Of a DNA stretch of 64,000 nt, positions 25,166-37,813 are shown piece after piece; the stretch's first letter is position 1; the number at the start of each line of letters is the position of its first letter. The position numbers were made by a program, and so were the translations under genes. The notes beneath the pieces were generated by a model. It saw only the letters and a list, made by a program, of their open reading frames with translations, ran no database searches and was not told the origin of the DNA. The DNA comes from Okamejei kenojei. Lineage: Eukaryota. The DNA lies in the NCBI GenBank assembly GCA_035221665.1, contig CM069134.1:94860001-94924000 (forward strand), read 5' to 3'.

Positions 25166-27289
25166 GGTCTCAATATCTAAGGCTTTGCAAACGGAACTAA
25201 ACACAGTCATCATCCATCTGGATCTTACCATGGAGAATCAATCTTTAATGAGCCAGTTGAAGATGGCTGGGTCTTGGACTAAAATTATTCAATATTTCAG
25301 CAACAGTCAGCTGCGTTCACCCAGCCAGTGAATAGCTTTACCTCTTGATTCCAAATGCCAATTTTGCTTAAGATCCTTGATACCACACTCATTCAAATAC
25401 TTTCTTGATGTCAAAGGCAGTTTCTCTGACCTCAATGCGGAAAATCAACAACTCGTTTGTGTGAGGCTATAATGAGGACTGGAGAGACTGTCAGAACCCA
25501 ACTGCAGAGTGAACAGATTATTAGTGAGGAAATCCACCAAATGTCATTGTGCATGAAATGTATTATTACTTCACTGATTCTCATGAGTGGGTGTAATTGG
25601 TGATAATTGAAGCTTTTTGAGGATAGGGTGTACTGTAACACAATTCCACTTTGTCAGATAGTATTGAATGTTGCAGCTATACTGGAACAGTTTAGTTAGG
25701 TGCAGAGATAGTTATGCAGTGCAGATCTTCAGCAATATATCATTATGACAAATTGTATGGTAAATTAGTTCAAACAAGGGTTAAAGGGAAACCAATTACA
25801 ACCCAGTAAAGGTTCCGGTGGCTTCTTTTACTTTAAGCGTGGAACATGTACCAATTATGGTGCTTCCATTTCCATTGTTGACGGATATCTATCACCATTG
25901 GAATAAGCTGCGAGCTGGGAATTCTCTTCAAGGCATGTAAATGTCTTTGACTTTGGTTGATAAAAATAATATCCAGGTAATCCCAGTATGCTCATTCTCT
26001 TGCCACCTTGTTATAAAACCTGCTGCTGCTCCTTTGGAGACGGAATTGAAGGCTGGCGTTAGAGAATTACCAAACACCCACTGCATGCTACTTATAAACA
26101 CAGCTTTATTTGTGCAGCAATATGCAAAAAGACAGACACTTTATGTGGTACATTTATCAGAAGCAGCAAGTTTGATGAAACAACAATATTTAGACATTTT
26201 GGTTTAAGCATTTTTTCCAGCCGATTTATCAAATATATAAGACCGTGAATGACAGGAATCCTATTCTGAAACACAGCCATTAGACTGCTGGGTAGAAGCA
26301 ATTAGCTAAGCTGTATTTTCATTGAATTGCAGTGATACCAAGATAACAGCTAAAGTATTTTCTCCTCTAACTGAGATTGCACTTGCTTTGCAGAAACATG
26401 GAAGAGAATTCCCTATTGATCTGAAGGCACATTTCCATTTTAAACCCAACTCAGCAGTGTTTTAGCATTAAAGATGCATTGGTGGCTTTGTATCTTTGAA
26501 AATCTATTACAAAATACAAAGTGCTGGAGAAATTCAGAGGGTTAGGATGCATCTGTAGAGGGAATAGATAGACAACGTTTCGGGTCAGGACCCTATTTTA
26601 GATTCAAGAATCCAACATCCTTATGTCTCTATTTGAAAATCTATAGTTTAATTTAAATTTGTAAGGAATTCCAATTATACATATCTTGACACAAATGATT
26701 ATAAAGATTGCACAAGGTAACTCATGAGCCAACTATTATCACCTGCTCTATTCTTTTAAATGAAGTTATGCCAAACTCTTTCAAAGCTGCAATTCCATTG
26801 CAAAAATGTAACTAATTCATTTGATGCCTTTGAGAACAAAGCCCTATTGTTTAATCTAAAGATGTTTATAAACGTGACACGGTAACAGTATACGATAAAA
26901 GTACAGGTACTCCACCAATTTTCCAGCACCCTTGGTTTCAGAGCCTTTCCGGATTTTCCGTTGTGCCGGACCAACAGAAGTCACATAATGTTCTCCCTCT
27001 CTCTTTTTTTTCTCTGCTCTCGGCCGTTCCCCCAGCTTCAGAAACTCGCCACGAAACTAATGGCGGAGAACGTGACAGCGGTACAGAATGCACATTGAAA
27101 GGAGCAAGAGTGACAAGGGTTTTTGCAGGATAGATTTGTAATCCTTTATCCTGTCACGAGAAAACCAAGGAAAGAGAGATTGGAGATCTCCAGCTCCTGA
27201 AAATAATTAACCTCAGCCCTTTTAGTTTGTGTCTTATTTAACGTTTAATTGTTTTTCCTGCGACCACCATTCTAAAAGCTCTCCGCATA

Positions 27290-27393
27290 TGTTTAATAGG
27301 GTATAAGGTAAAAGAAGCAAAAAGGATCAACGTAGAGATTGAGAGACAAGCAGGATGCGCGCAGAGAGCTCAAACTGCTGCTACTTGGTGAGT
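27290..27393 (+). pseudogene. Frameshifted exon 1 fragment of a Gq-class G-alpha gene (GNAQ/GNA11-like) with its splice donor
   Basis: 27308-27349 reads VKEAKRINVEIERQ. In the shifted frame 27342-27387 reads RDKQDARRELKLLLL(G), followed by G|GTGAGT. This matches the GNAQ/GNA11 N-terminus and its phase-1 exon-1 boundary. No intact start codon was found. Confidence 0.88.
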
Positions 27394-27580
27394 TGGAGAT
27401 GAAGCAAAGAGAGTGAAGTTGATGCACTTTTGAGATACTGAGAATTGCTGTGATGCCTATTTGGAAATATTGTTTTTATTTCTAATTTTATTACCCATAA
27501 AGGGTATATGTGGCGGTTTGGATTACTTAGTCTTTGATAATTAAAATGTCTTGCCTGCAGTCATCATAACAGACAATTTG

Positions 27581-27858
27581 CTTTAGACTTTGGACAGGGC
27601 CACCGAGTCCGATCTGTGATCACCCGCACACTAACATTATTCTACACACAACGGCCAAATTTCAATTTTTACCAAAGCCTGTAAACCTACAACCTGTATG
27701 TCTTTGGAATGTGGGAGGAAACCGGAGAACTCGGCGAAAACCCACGCGGTCACAGGGAGAACATACAAACTCCGTACAGACAGCACCCGTAGTCAGGGCA
27801 GAACCCGGTCACTGGCGCTGTGAGGCAGCAACTCTAACGCTACACCAATGTGCTGCCC
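27581..27858 (-). mobile_element. tRNA-derived SINE (HE1-like) nested in the TIR element
   Basis: Reverse complement of the gggcagcac...gttgctgcctcacagcgccagtgacccgggttc head, and a body shared with the copy at 63558. Confidence 0.85.
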
Positions 27859-29994
27859 TGTGATATCTTCCTGTACAGCCCTTATCGGAATCTTTTCAAT
27901 AAACTCAATTTGTATTGGCAAAGCACTGTAAACGCATTGGGCAATTTTAGCAATCAGGACATAGTCCTTCGCGATACTCATCTCAGTAAACCCAGTAGTT
28001 ACTTTTCATATAAATGCAAGTGCTCTTTCATAATTTTGTCCAGATTAAAGGAAGTGCTGGACCATCAGTTGCTGGAAAATCGGTGGTATACCTGTATTAA
28101 GTTATGATTGTGTAGTTAGTATATTTTTTATCTTCAATTTTTGACAACAATATCCACATTTTCAGCCATTCTTTAACTTGAATGCCTGCTGTGAAATATT
28201 AGTATAAAATTAATTGATGTTGGCATTTCTTCTGCAGTCAACTTTTGATCAACATTCTCGCTTGGTTTGCACTTTGAATAGAAAGCCACAGTCCCCACTT
28301 CATGTCATCTTGAGTAATTAATTACTTACTTGCTGAAGAATCTCTAGGGAAAAGAAGAAAATGCAATCAGTCATACAAAATGGACAGGTACCCCAGGTCA
28401 AATATTGACCTATGCACACAGTTGAGCATTAATAAAAATCAAATGCAAATTGTAATTAGATTGCTTTAAAAAGGATGTAAAACAGATAATAAATCAAATA
28501 ATCCCTCTTATAGCACACTGTAATTTTTGCCACATTATGTGCATCAGTATTAATATTTCCATTTTGTGCCTTATCTAGCATTAAAGTCACATGTCTCTGT
28601 GGTCAAGTGAACCCACGGAAAGCAATGTTTTGAGGTACCTGCTATAAGTAGAGCAGGTCCCTGAAGCAAATAATAGGCCAGGAGATGCTGCTAATACCCT
28701 TTTTGTCTTTTCGTCAACCCACCATAGGCTGTGCGGGTGCATTGAATACAGTGGTGAATTTCATCTTAATGGTCTGCCTTCACCAAGAGGTGGCTTCTAA
28801 AATATGCTTAAAGGTTCACATTTTCCAGAGTCTTGTTGTGAACCTTTATTGAGAGCACAGTGTGATGCAGCAGTGGTAGCTTGATAGAAGGCCTTTGTGG
28901 AGAAATGTGTATAATCACAAGTATCATTTGCAACTGGCTTACTGAGGTTTGGTTGGCCATGGCTATAAAATGTAGTCACAACAGATTGAACAGTTTCCCA
29001 TGAGCTTAGAATTTTGTTGAGGGTGGGATGCAACATTGTGGAAGGACACTTTCCTCAATGACATAGTCTTTCTAAACTCCACTGAAATTGCTTCTGTTAA
29101 TAGCACACAGGTTAGTTTCATGGTTTGCATACCATCATGGAGGAAGCTGAAACTGAATCTTTGTAGGCAGCCAAATGCAGGAGTGTATTCCACATTTCCT
29201 ACTGATTGATGGAGTCAAAAGCTTTGGCAAGTCAAAACAGACCACATATGATGGATGGTGCTGGTCTGTACATTTGTCTTTGTGTTTGTGTGGTAAACAT
29301 CATGTCCATTATGTTTCCAGATAGACAGAGTCCACATTGTGATTTGGAGAGCAGTGCATCAGCCACCGGGAGAAGAGCCAGGTAATACAGTCCCTAGAAG
29401 GAGCTTTCCCAGCAGGAGTCTTAACTATCATTCCCACAGTTGGACTCCTGGAGATCCCATCCACACCCTCCTCTTCCTAGACAATGAGATTGTAGATTTG
29501 CAACTGAAATCCTTCACTACTGATGTTTAGGAATTCAACATGCAGGGTATCTGCCCCAAGGCTGTTGTTATCTTCTAGTTGGAATATGGTATTTCAACTT
29601 ATTGCTGGTTAAATATGATGGCAATTCTGCCCAAATACGTTGCTGAGAAAGGAAGTCAAGAACTAGTCGCAGGAGGTCTTTGAAATGTTCCTTCCAGAGG
29701 GCTTAGATTGCCTCTATGCCTTGAGTGTGCTGCATCCTTGGATCTCATTGAGGTGGGGTCTTGAGTGTTTGGGCCATCGATGGTTATTTTTGTATCCCCA
29801 ACAGAACCCATGCTTGTCATGGCAGTCACTTGGTGTGGCCCATCGTAGCCGACGATAGCATGGTTGTACAGTGTCATGTCTTGTGGGTTTGAATGTGGCT
29901 CACGGGTCCGATGCACGAGCCACACACACAGGAGCAGCTTGGGCACATGAAGGCCACAGTGGGAGGATTTAGGGTTGCAGCCTCTCTGACACTA

Positions 29995-31450
29995 ACGTAT
30001 CAGCTTTGGCGCTTATCTTTAGGACTGCTGGCCACCTTCCTAGTGTTTGTATGCCAGCCAGTCCTGTCACTGGCACGTGTTTCCAGTTCCTTTGGGGCTA
30101 GGGTTGCGTGCTGGTGGTGTTCCTTGACACAGACTTTGAACCATTTCTTATGGTGGCCTTGGTTCCTTTGACCCTGTGACAGAACTCCATGCAGGAGTTG
30201 ACGAGGCATGCGAGATTCATCCATCCGGACCACATGGCCTGCCCATCAAAGCTGGGCCTTTATGATCATTGCTTCAATGCTTGTGAAGCCAGCACTTCCA
30301 CATTGGTCACCCTGTCTTGCCAGCGAATGCCCATGATGGACCGCAGAGAGCGCATGTGGAATTTCTTAAGCTGGTGGATGTGTCTCCTGTATAAGGTTCA
30401 TGTTTCACATCCATACAGCAAGCTGGAGAGTACCACAGCATTGTACACTTTCCGCCTAATTGGCAGCTTGATGTTGTGATGGTTTAACACTCGTGCTCGG
30501 AGTCGACCAAGTCCTTAACTGGCCTTGCTGATTCTGGTCTATATTTCCTTGTCTAGCGAGCCATCGGAAGATATCACGCTGCCTAAGCATCAACTGTTTT
30601 CAGCTGTGTGTTGTCAATGTGTACGTTTGGTGGCGGTGCTGAAGAGCCTGGGACTGGTTGGTGGAGGACTTCTGTATTCCAGAGACTGATATTAAGACCA
30701 AACAGCTGTGTCGTTTCTGCAAATCTGGACACGATAAATTTGTGGTCAGATTCCTTGTGTGACATGAGGGTGCAATCATCCACAAACAGCGCTTTGGTGA
30801 TGAGGCGTTCAATAGTTTTGGTCTTGACGTTCAGTTGACTTAGATCAAAAAGAGAGCAGTCGAGTCGGTACTTGATGAAGACCCTGCAATTGAGATCTCG
30901 GAGGTCATGATGCAGAACACAGCTGCAAAAGAGGTTGAATAGTACTGGGACGAGAATGCAGCCTTGTTTGACTCCATTGGAGATGTTGAAGGGTGCAGAG
31001 AGGTCGCCGTTTACCAGTGCTGATCCCGTCATGCCATCATGGAAAAGGCGGATTAAATAGATGAGTTCTCAAGGGCAACCGAGCTTGGCGAGTATGGTCC
31101 ACAGAGCCTCACGATTGTCCGTGTCAAAGGCATAGAGGTCCATCTTCTGCTCGATGCATTTTTCCTGCACTTGTTTTACCGTGAAGACCATGTTAACAGT
31201 GCTGCGACCAGGTCCAAAGCCACAATGTGCCCCAGGCAGGCTTTCTACTGAGACACTGCTCATCAGACTGTTGAGGATTACTCTGGCCTGTATCATCCCA
31301 GCAATGGACAGTAGGGAGATGCTTCGGTACTTGCCACAAGCTACTTTGTTGCCTATTTCTTTGAGCAATGAGACAATGGTAGCATCCCGAAATTCGATAG
31401 GCATAATTTCAGTCTCCCATACGCTGGTCAGGATGTCGTGAAAAGCATTC
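29995..31450 (-). mobile_element. Decayed RTE-clade LINE (RT and C-terminus)
   Basis: YRSISLLSIAG, GVKQGCILVPVLFNL, LFVDDC and RMDESRMPRQLLHG are typical RTE motifs. Confidence 0.88.
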
Positions 31451-32086
31451 AGAGTTACACATTTGGTATTCACACGGCAAAGAACATAGAGGTGCAACTG
31501 AGATTTTGAAGGTGTATTTGGACATAATGATGCTGAACAATTTCTTTGGCTTTGGCTTTTGGAAATGGGTTGTCATTTCCCAGACAGAATTTAATAATGT
31601 TATGTTTTTAAATAATTAAAATTTCAACTATAACTTAAGATGTGATTTTGTTTTTAGTTTGACCATAATCCCATGTACATGCCACAATCTTTAAATATGT
31701 TACAGCAAGGAAATAGATAAAGCTTTTAATTTAGTCTTAGTTAACTTGAATAATTTATTTGTCCAATTGAGTGCTTGGGTTGTTGGATGACATCTGTTAC
31801 TGGATGTTACTGTAAGAACCCTGACTGAGAGTTTCCAACTAAAACATGCATTAGGAAAGGGGAAGATTTATTCAAGATCAGCATTGGGCAGTTTTGTTCA
31901 AGATCAGCATTGTTGCTGACTGCAAAAAAACACAGGAAACGTAAGACAGGATGGCAAGAACTTGTGGTCTTATGCACGAGACTTATATTGGAATGGCGGT
32001 AGTAACCAATAGCTTTACATAGACCTAAATAGTACAAAAAACCAACTGAGCAAAATTTACCATCCATGACTGCTTTCCTGAACATC

Positions 32087-32124
32087 TTAAGTCGATTCAG
32101 GAGGTGATTGAGACCCACTACCAC
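32087..32124 (-). CDS. Candidate terminal coding exon of the TRP-like gene
   Basis: Acceptor cttaattttgtgctctcttttctgaatcacttttag. A phase-1 start matches the 39646 donor and gives GGSGSQSPPEST*. A minus-strand AATAAA lies near 31866-31871. No homology support. Confidence 0.35.
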
Positions 32125-33494
32125 CTAAAAGTGATTCAGAAAAGAGAGCACAAAATTAAGTTTTCAATAGTTGGTTACATTATTTTACAAACTATTATGC
32201 ACATCATTAAAATTGAATATTATTTGTAAAATAATCAATACTATTTTAATCACTTATTTCGTCTGCACGAAAAGCATTTAAATTTGTTTTTTTTTTACTG
32301 TGCCAACCAGCATAGATGTATTACGGTGCACTTTTAGTTGGATGATAATCTCTTCATTAAAGGTGCAAGTAGTTACATAACATCTGATGTGTTATGGACA
32401 TAATTGCTTATTTCTATATTTTCTACTGCAACTATAAAAAGCCCCAGCAAACAGCAGATATATCTGCTTCTACTCTTGCTCCTCGCCTACTGCCAGAGAT
32501 ATGATGGGAAACGGAAGAACTCCAGTGGCACTCGAAACGTCACCAATTCCTTCTCTCCGGAGGTGCTGCCTGTCCCGCTGAGTTACTCCAGAATTTTGTG
32601 TCTTCCCCCGAGTCTATGAGGTTCAAAGCTTATATGAAGGTTGTAGTGTTTAATAACCTGAAGGTTGTTGGGAAGACACTGCTGTGTTCATAGTGGTATC
32701 AATTAAACCCTTTTAAAAACAACCATTTCTAAAATTCTTGAAGGTTCTTTCAGTCACTGGTTGCAATATTGTGAATGTGGTTAGAGCACAGGAAAAGTGA
32801 AATAGCCACTTCGGGCTATTTATTCTATTCCTCCAAGTGGCTGCCAGTACCCTGTCAGAGGTTTCAAAGGACGTCTGGGCAGCCATTTGAATATGCAGCC
32901 AATCTATTTGTTAGCGATCAGCCAAACTGCAATGAAAATGTGTAATGAGGGCCGTTAGTCAATATGTTGAAAGTGATGTATATAGTAAAAACCTGTTTTT
33001 GAAAAGAAAACAAATAGTTTGTGCAATGAGAGCTACTCTTGAATAGACAGAAGTGTGTATGAGCTGTTACTCAGTGAGCAGAATGGGAACAAAGACCCAG
33101 GATTTCCTGTGGTGAGATAATTAGGGCTCATTGCATATGCTCGGTGGGTTCCAGACAGGATCTTGCCGAAAACATGGAACTCATCAGTGCCAAAGAAGAA
33201 ACCTTGATAGTGCTATAATAGCCGGAGCAGGAGGGGGTAGCGGTAAAAAGGGAAGATGATCCAAACCAATCAAATATCCAAACTGAGATCCATGGGAAGC
33301 CTCAAAGGACATCAGACACAGTTTTGGATAAGTCATTTGAAATATTTAAGGACAAAAGAATCTCGACAATATGCTTTTCTTCCGCTGGGGTACCTCAATT
33401 CCATGAAGCCCTGATAATGCAGGCAGAGACATGGAAAATTATGGACAGGAAAGAAGAGGTCAATAGAAATCCTTGCAGCTATTGTAGGAATGGA

Positions 33495-34612
33495 ATTACC
33501 ATGGTATTGACATGGATAGAGAATTGGTTGGCAGACAGGAAACAAAAAGTAGGAATAAACGGGTCCCTGTCAGAATGACAGGCAGTGGCGAGTGGAGTGC
33601 TGCAAGGCTTGGTGCTGGGGCCGCAACTATTTACAATATATATTCATAATTTAGATAATGGATTAAAAGTAACACTAGCAAATTTGCAGATGACACAAAT
33701 TTGGGTGGCAGTGTGAACTGCGAAGAGGATGCTAGGAAGTTGCAGGGTGACTTGGACAGGTTGAGTGAGTGGGCAGATGCATGGCAGATGCAGTGTAATG
33801 TAGATAAATGTGAGGTTATCCAAATTGTTGGCAAGAACAAGGAGGCAGATTATTATCTCAATGGTGTCAGATTAGGAAAAAGGGAAGTGCAACAAGACCC
33901 GGATGTCCTTGTACACCAGTCACTGAAAGTAAACATGCAGACACAGCAGGCAGTTAAGAAAGCTAATGGCATGTTGGCCTTCATAACAAGAGGATTTGAG
34001 TATACTGTAGGAGTAAAAAGTTCCTTCTGCAGTTGTATAGGGCTCTGGTGAGACCACATCTGGAGTATTGTGTACAGTTTTGGTCTCCTATTTTGAGGAA
34101 GGATATCCTTGCTATTGAGGCAGTGCAGCACAGGTTCACGAGGTTAATCCCTGGGATGGTGGGACTGTCATATGAGGAAAGATTGGAAAGACTAGGCTTG
34201 TATTCACTCGAATTTCGAAGGATGAGAGGGGATCTTATATAAACGTATAAAATTATTCAAGGACTGGACAAGCTAGATACAGGAAAAATGTTCCCATTGT
34301 TTGGGAAGTCCAGAACGAGGGGCCATAGTCTAAGAATAAAGGCGAGGCCATTTCAAACTGAGATGAGAAAAAAAATCACCCAGAGAGTTGTGAATTTGTG
34401 GAATTCTCTGCCACAGAATTCAGTAGAGGCCTATTCACTGGATTAATTTAGAAGAGGGTGAGATAGAGCTCTAGGGGCTAGCGGAATCAAGGGATATGAG
34501 GAGAAGGCAAGCACGGGTTGCTGACTGTGGATGATCAGCCATGATCACAATGAATGGTGGTGCTGGCTCGAAGGGCCAAATGGCCTCCTCCTGCATCTAT
34601 TTTCTGTTTCTA
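33495..34612 (+). mobile_element. Decayed CR1 LINE 3' fragment
   Basis: WIENWLADRKQ, KCEVI and RPHLEYCVQFWSP with frameshifts, followed by a CR1 3' UTR. Confidence 0.9.
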
Positions 34613-35204
34613 TCAAGGCTGCCAGTGGCGGCAACGATAGCATTTTTTAACATTTTGCTGCAGAACCACTTGAAGGTAGAATATAGCATATCCTCCTCCT
34701 TCCTCCTTCCTCCCCCACTCCACCACCTTTCCACGTTGACATTGCTCTGTTTATGTGAATACTGTTATCCTGGTGTTATGTTCTATACAGCTATTTCCCT
34801 GTGCCGTTACCTCAGCTAGTAATCTGCTGGAGGATTGCTTGCAGGACCACTGATACCTAGCAACCCATGAATGCTAATTTTGCGTCATAATAATAGCATC
34901 TTATGCTTCCACTGCAAATGAGCTCTGAAATAAAAACAGAGTGCTTCCTTGCATTTCCTCCAATTCTGATGAAATGTTAACTCTGTTACTTTCTCTACAG
35001 AACGCTGCCTAACCTGCTGAGTGCTTCCAGTATTTCCTATTTTTATTTGAACTTACACAACCTCAATCTCAACTTCTGCTGCAGCAGCTAATATTTTTGG
35101 GGAAGCTGATGCATTGCAGTGGAAACAAATTCATCAGCAAAAAATGTAGGAAACATTTAGTAGGTTAGTCAGCTTCTGTGGAAAGAGAAACAGTTAATAT
35201 TTCA

Positions 35205-35515
35205 GGTTTTAGTTTTAGTGATATAGCATGAAAACAGGACCTTTGAGCCACTGAGTCCACGTTGACCATTCACTCTAGTTCTATGTTATCCCACATCCAT
35301 CCACTCCCTACACGCTTGGAGCTATTTACAAAGGTCAATTAACTTACAAACGTTGGAATGGTCTTTGGAATATTGGAGGAAACTGGAGCATCCAGAGGAA
35401 ACTCACATATCACAGGGAAAACATGTAAACCCCACACAGACTGTACCCGAGATCAGAATCAAACCTGTGTCTCTGGCGCTGTGAGGCAGAAGCTCTACTA
35501 GCAGTGTCACTGTGC
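35205..35515 (-). mobile_element. Decayed HE1-like SINE
   Basis: ctggcgctgtgaggcagaagctctac head in reverse orientation, with a (ctaaaa)n tail. Confidence 0.7.
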
Positions 35516-37813
35516 CAAGTTCTTTGTCAGAAAGAAAGTTAACTAGTTTTCTGTAGTAGAGAAGGTGGGAGAGGGATAAGTAGAATAAAAGGAATGTTTC
35601 TTCGAGGGTGAAACCGAATGAATTGATGTAGCAGATAGAATCAGATTGTACTTATTTGTCTGTGTAAGTGATAGGACTGTGGGTTTTGCTCAGCAGGTCA
35701 AGCTAAACAAATGGAATGAGAAAAATTGACTCAAATATAAATGGTTGACTGGCAGAATGTGTGAGGAATCCAAACGCTCAGGGTCATTCCTTGCAGTGGA
35801 AGGAGTTCTGCCACTTAAATTTCCATCCCATTCCAACCTTTGTATTTGTGGTCTCCTTACACAAGGTTCTGTGCAAACCTGCGGAACAACGCCTCATCTT
35901 CTGTCAGCCTCTGGACTCAATATTGAATTCTCCAACTTCAGGTAACTCGGTCAATCTTTCTTTCTGTTTGTATCTGACCAGACCATTTATGGCTGTCATC
36001 CACCTTGATCTGGCTTAGTTTTTTTATTTTCCATTACTGCAGCCTGATCTGCTGGGCATGTCCCACAACCGTACCATTAACAACACATAACACAAAGAGG
36101 GAAGCATAACATATGTCATATTAACCGATCGGGTCTCATTCTATCAATCAAAATTATTTTTCCATCCATCTCAATTCAACTCCTTATCTGCAACTGAAAT
36201 CGAACTTGTCCCCTCTTTCCCAGTTCTGACAAAGTATCTCAGGACTGAAATATTAAATCTCTTTGTCTCTCCACAGAAGCTGCCTGGCCTGCTGAGGGTT
36301 TCTAGGATTTTTGTTTTATATTTCATTTACATAATTTGCAGTATTTTGACCTGATTCATCACAAATTGGTTGCTCTTTAATGGCATATTCTGCAAGTGTT
36401 TAGATGGAGTTCACAAAGTCATGTTAGGATGGCTTCTAGTTCTGTACAAAGCAAAATACTCAGCCGGTGCCAGACATTAAAAGCAGATTCTCATTCTCTT
36501 AATGGACCAAAGTACTGTATGTAACCAAAGCTGTTTCCATCAACTCTTCAGCAGAGTCCTCTGCAGCAGAATTTGGTTGCAATCTAGACTTCTGATATTC
36601 TGTTATCCTCACCCCATGTTTCCCCCTTTCTCTAGCTGCTACATACTTGCGTGCATTCTCTCACCCATGTGGATTTTACCTCCAGTTAAACCCTTAAGAT
36701 GTGCACAGTATCAGTATATGTGTCAGTGTCTGTGGGTGTGAAATAAAATGACACCTTGTCTTCATGGTGTCCCCCCATTGCCTGATTAGACTGAACTTCT
36801 TTAAGTGCCCAAAATTAAGAAGAAAGGAAATTAAGAGTTGATATTTTATGATGTGAAAAAAATATAATCTCTGATTCTGATTAAGAACATGAGAAATTGG
36901 CGAAAATAACTGAAGCATGTCACACAGTTCCCAAACCCACTTCCTTATTTAACAAGATCAAGGCAGATCTACGTCAAATCCACTTTTCCACCAGATCCCC
37001 TTTTTCCTTAATACTCCTGAACCCCAAAAATGTATTAAACTCCACCTTGAACAAACACAATAATTGATCATCCTCACCCTTCTGGGTGGTCAGAGACTTC
37101 CAAAAATTCCCAATTCTTGACGTGAAAAAATTTGCTCTGGAACAGTCCTGAATTCAGACCCCTGATCTAGCCCCAGGCCAGGTCTCTCCAGCCAGAGGAA
37201 ATTTCAACGTTGTCAATCCCCTCATAATCTTTTATGCTCCAATTAGATCATTGCTAATTTCTTCAAATACCAGAGAATATGGTTGACTTTTCTCAATCTT
37301 TCCTCACAGGACAACCCGCATCTCAGATACTCTCCGAAAAGATATCTGCTTGTTTGGCACTCTATTTTTCCAACCCAAACATTCCTTCCTCCATCACCAC
37401 GTGGCTGCAAAATGTTTCATTTACAAAGTGCGCAGCAGTCATTTCCCTGGATTACTTGCATAGGATCTCCCATACACATAGTTTCTACCAACAAAGGGAA
37501 CAAAAGAAGTCGGTGAATAGCAACACCACTATGCACAGGACACTTTCCGAGTCACAGATTTTTTAATTGTATAAATATAATCTCTGGCCCTTTCTCATCA
37601 TTGGTCCAAAATCCTAGAACTCTTTCCGCATTGCAGCCTTTCAAGGTGGTCACACTTCCCCATCTTCTCAAGAACCATTAAGAATGATCAATCATTGTTT
37701 GCCTTGTTGGCTTTGCCAAAATTCCATAAACGTGAAGATAGAAAGCACTTGCATGTTTACATTCTGCTGTTCATATACGAGGCTACCTAAATCTCTCTGA
37801 TGTGTAGCATTTA

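Larger units (their letters stand above)
26904..28094. mobile_element. Non-autonomous Tigger/pogo-like DNA transposon carrying the Gq exon fragment
   Basis: Left end CAGGTACTCCACCAATTTTCCAGCA versus reverse-complemented right end CAGGTATACCACCGATTTTCCAGCA (22/25 match). TA flanks at 26902-26903 and 28095-28096. No transposase. Confidence 0.8.

Noticed and set aside
32900-33050. Possible G-alpha exon 2 remnant (TAMK...)
   Set aside because: Similarity is limited to a few residues, with no GESGKS P-loop and no splice sites.
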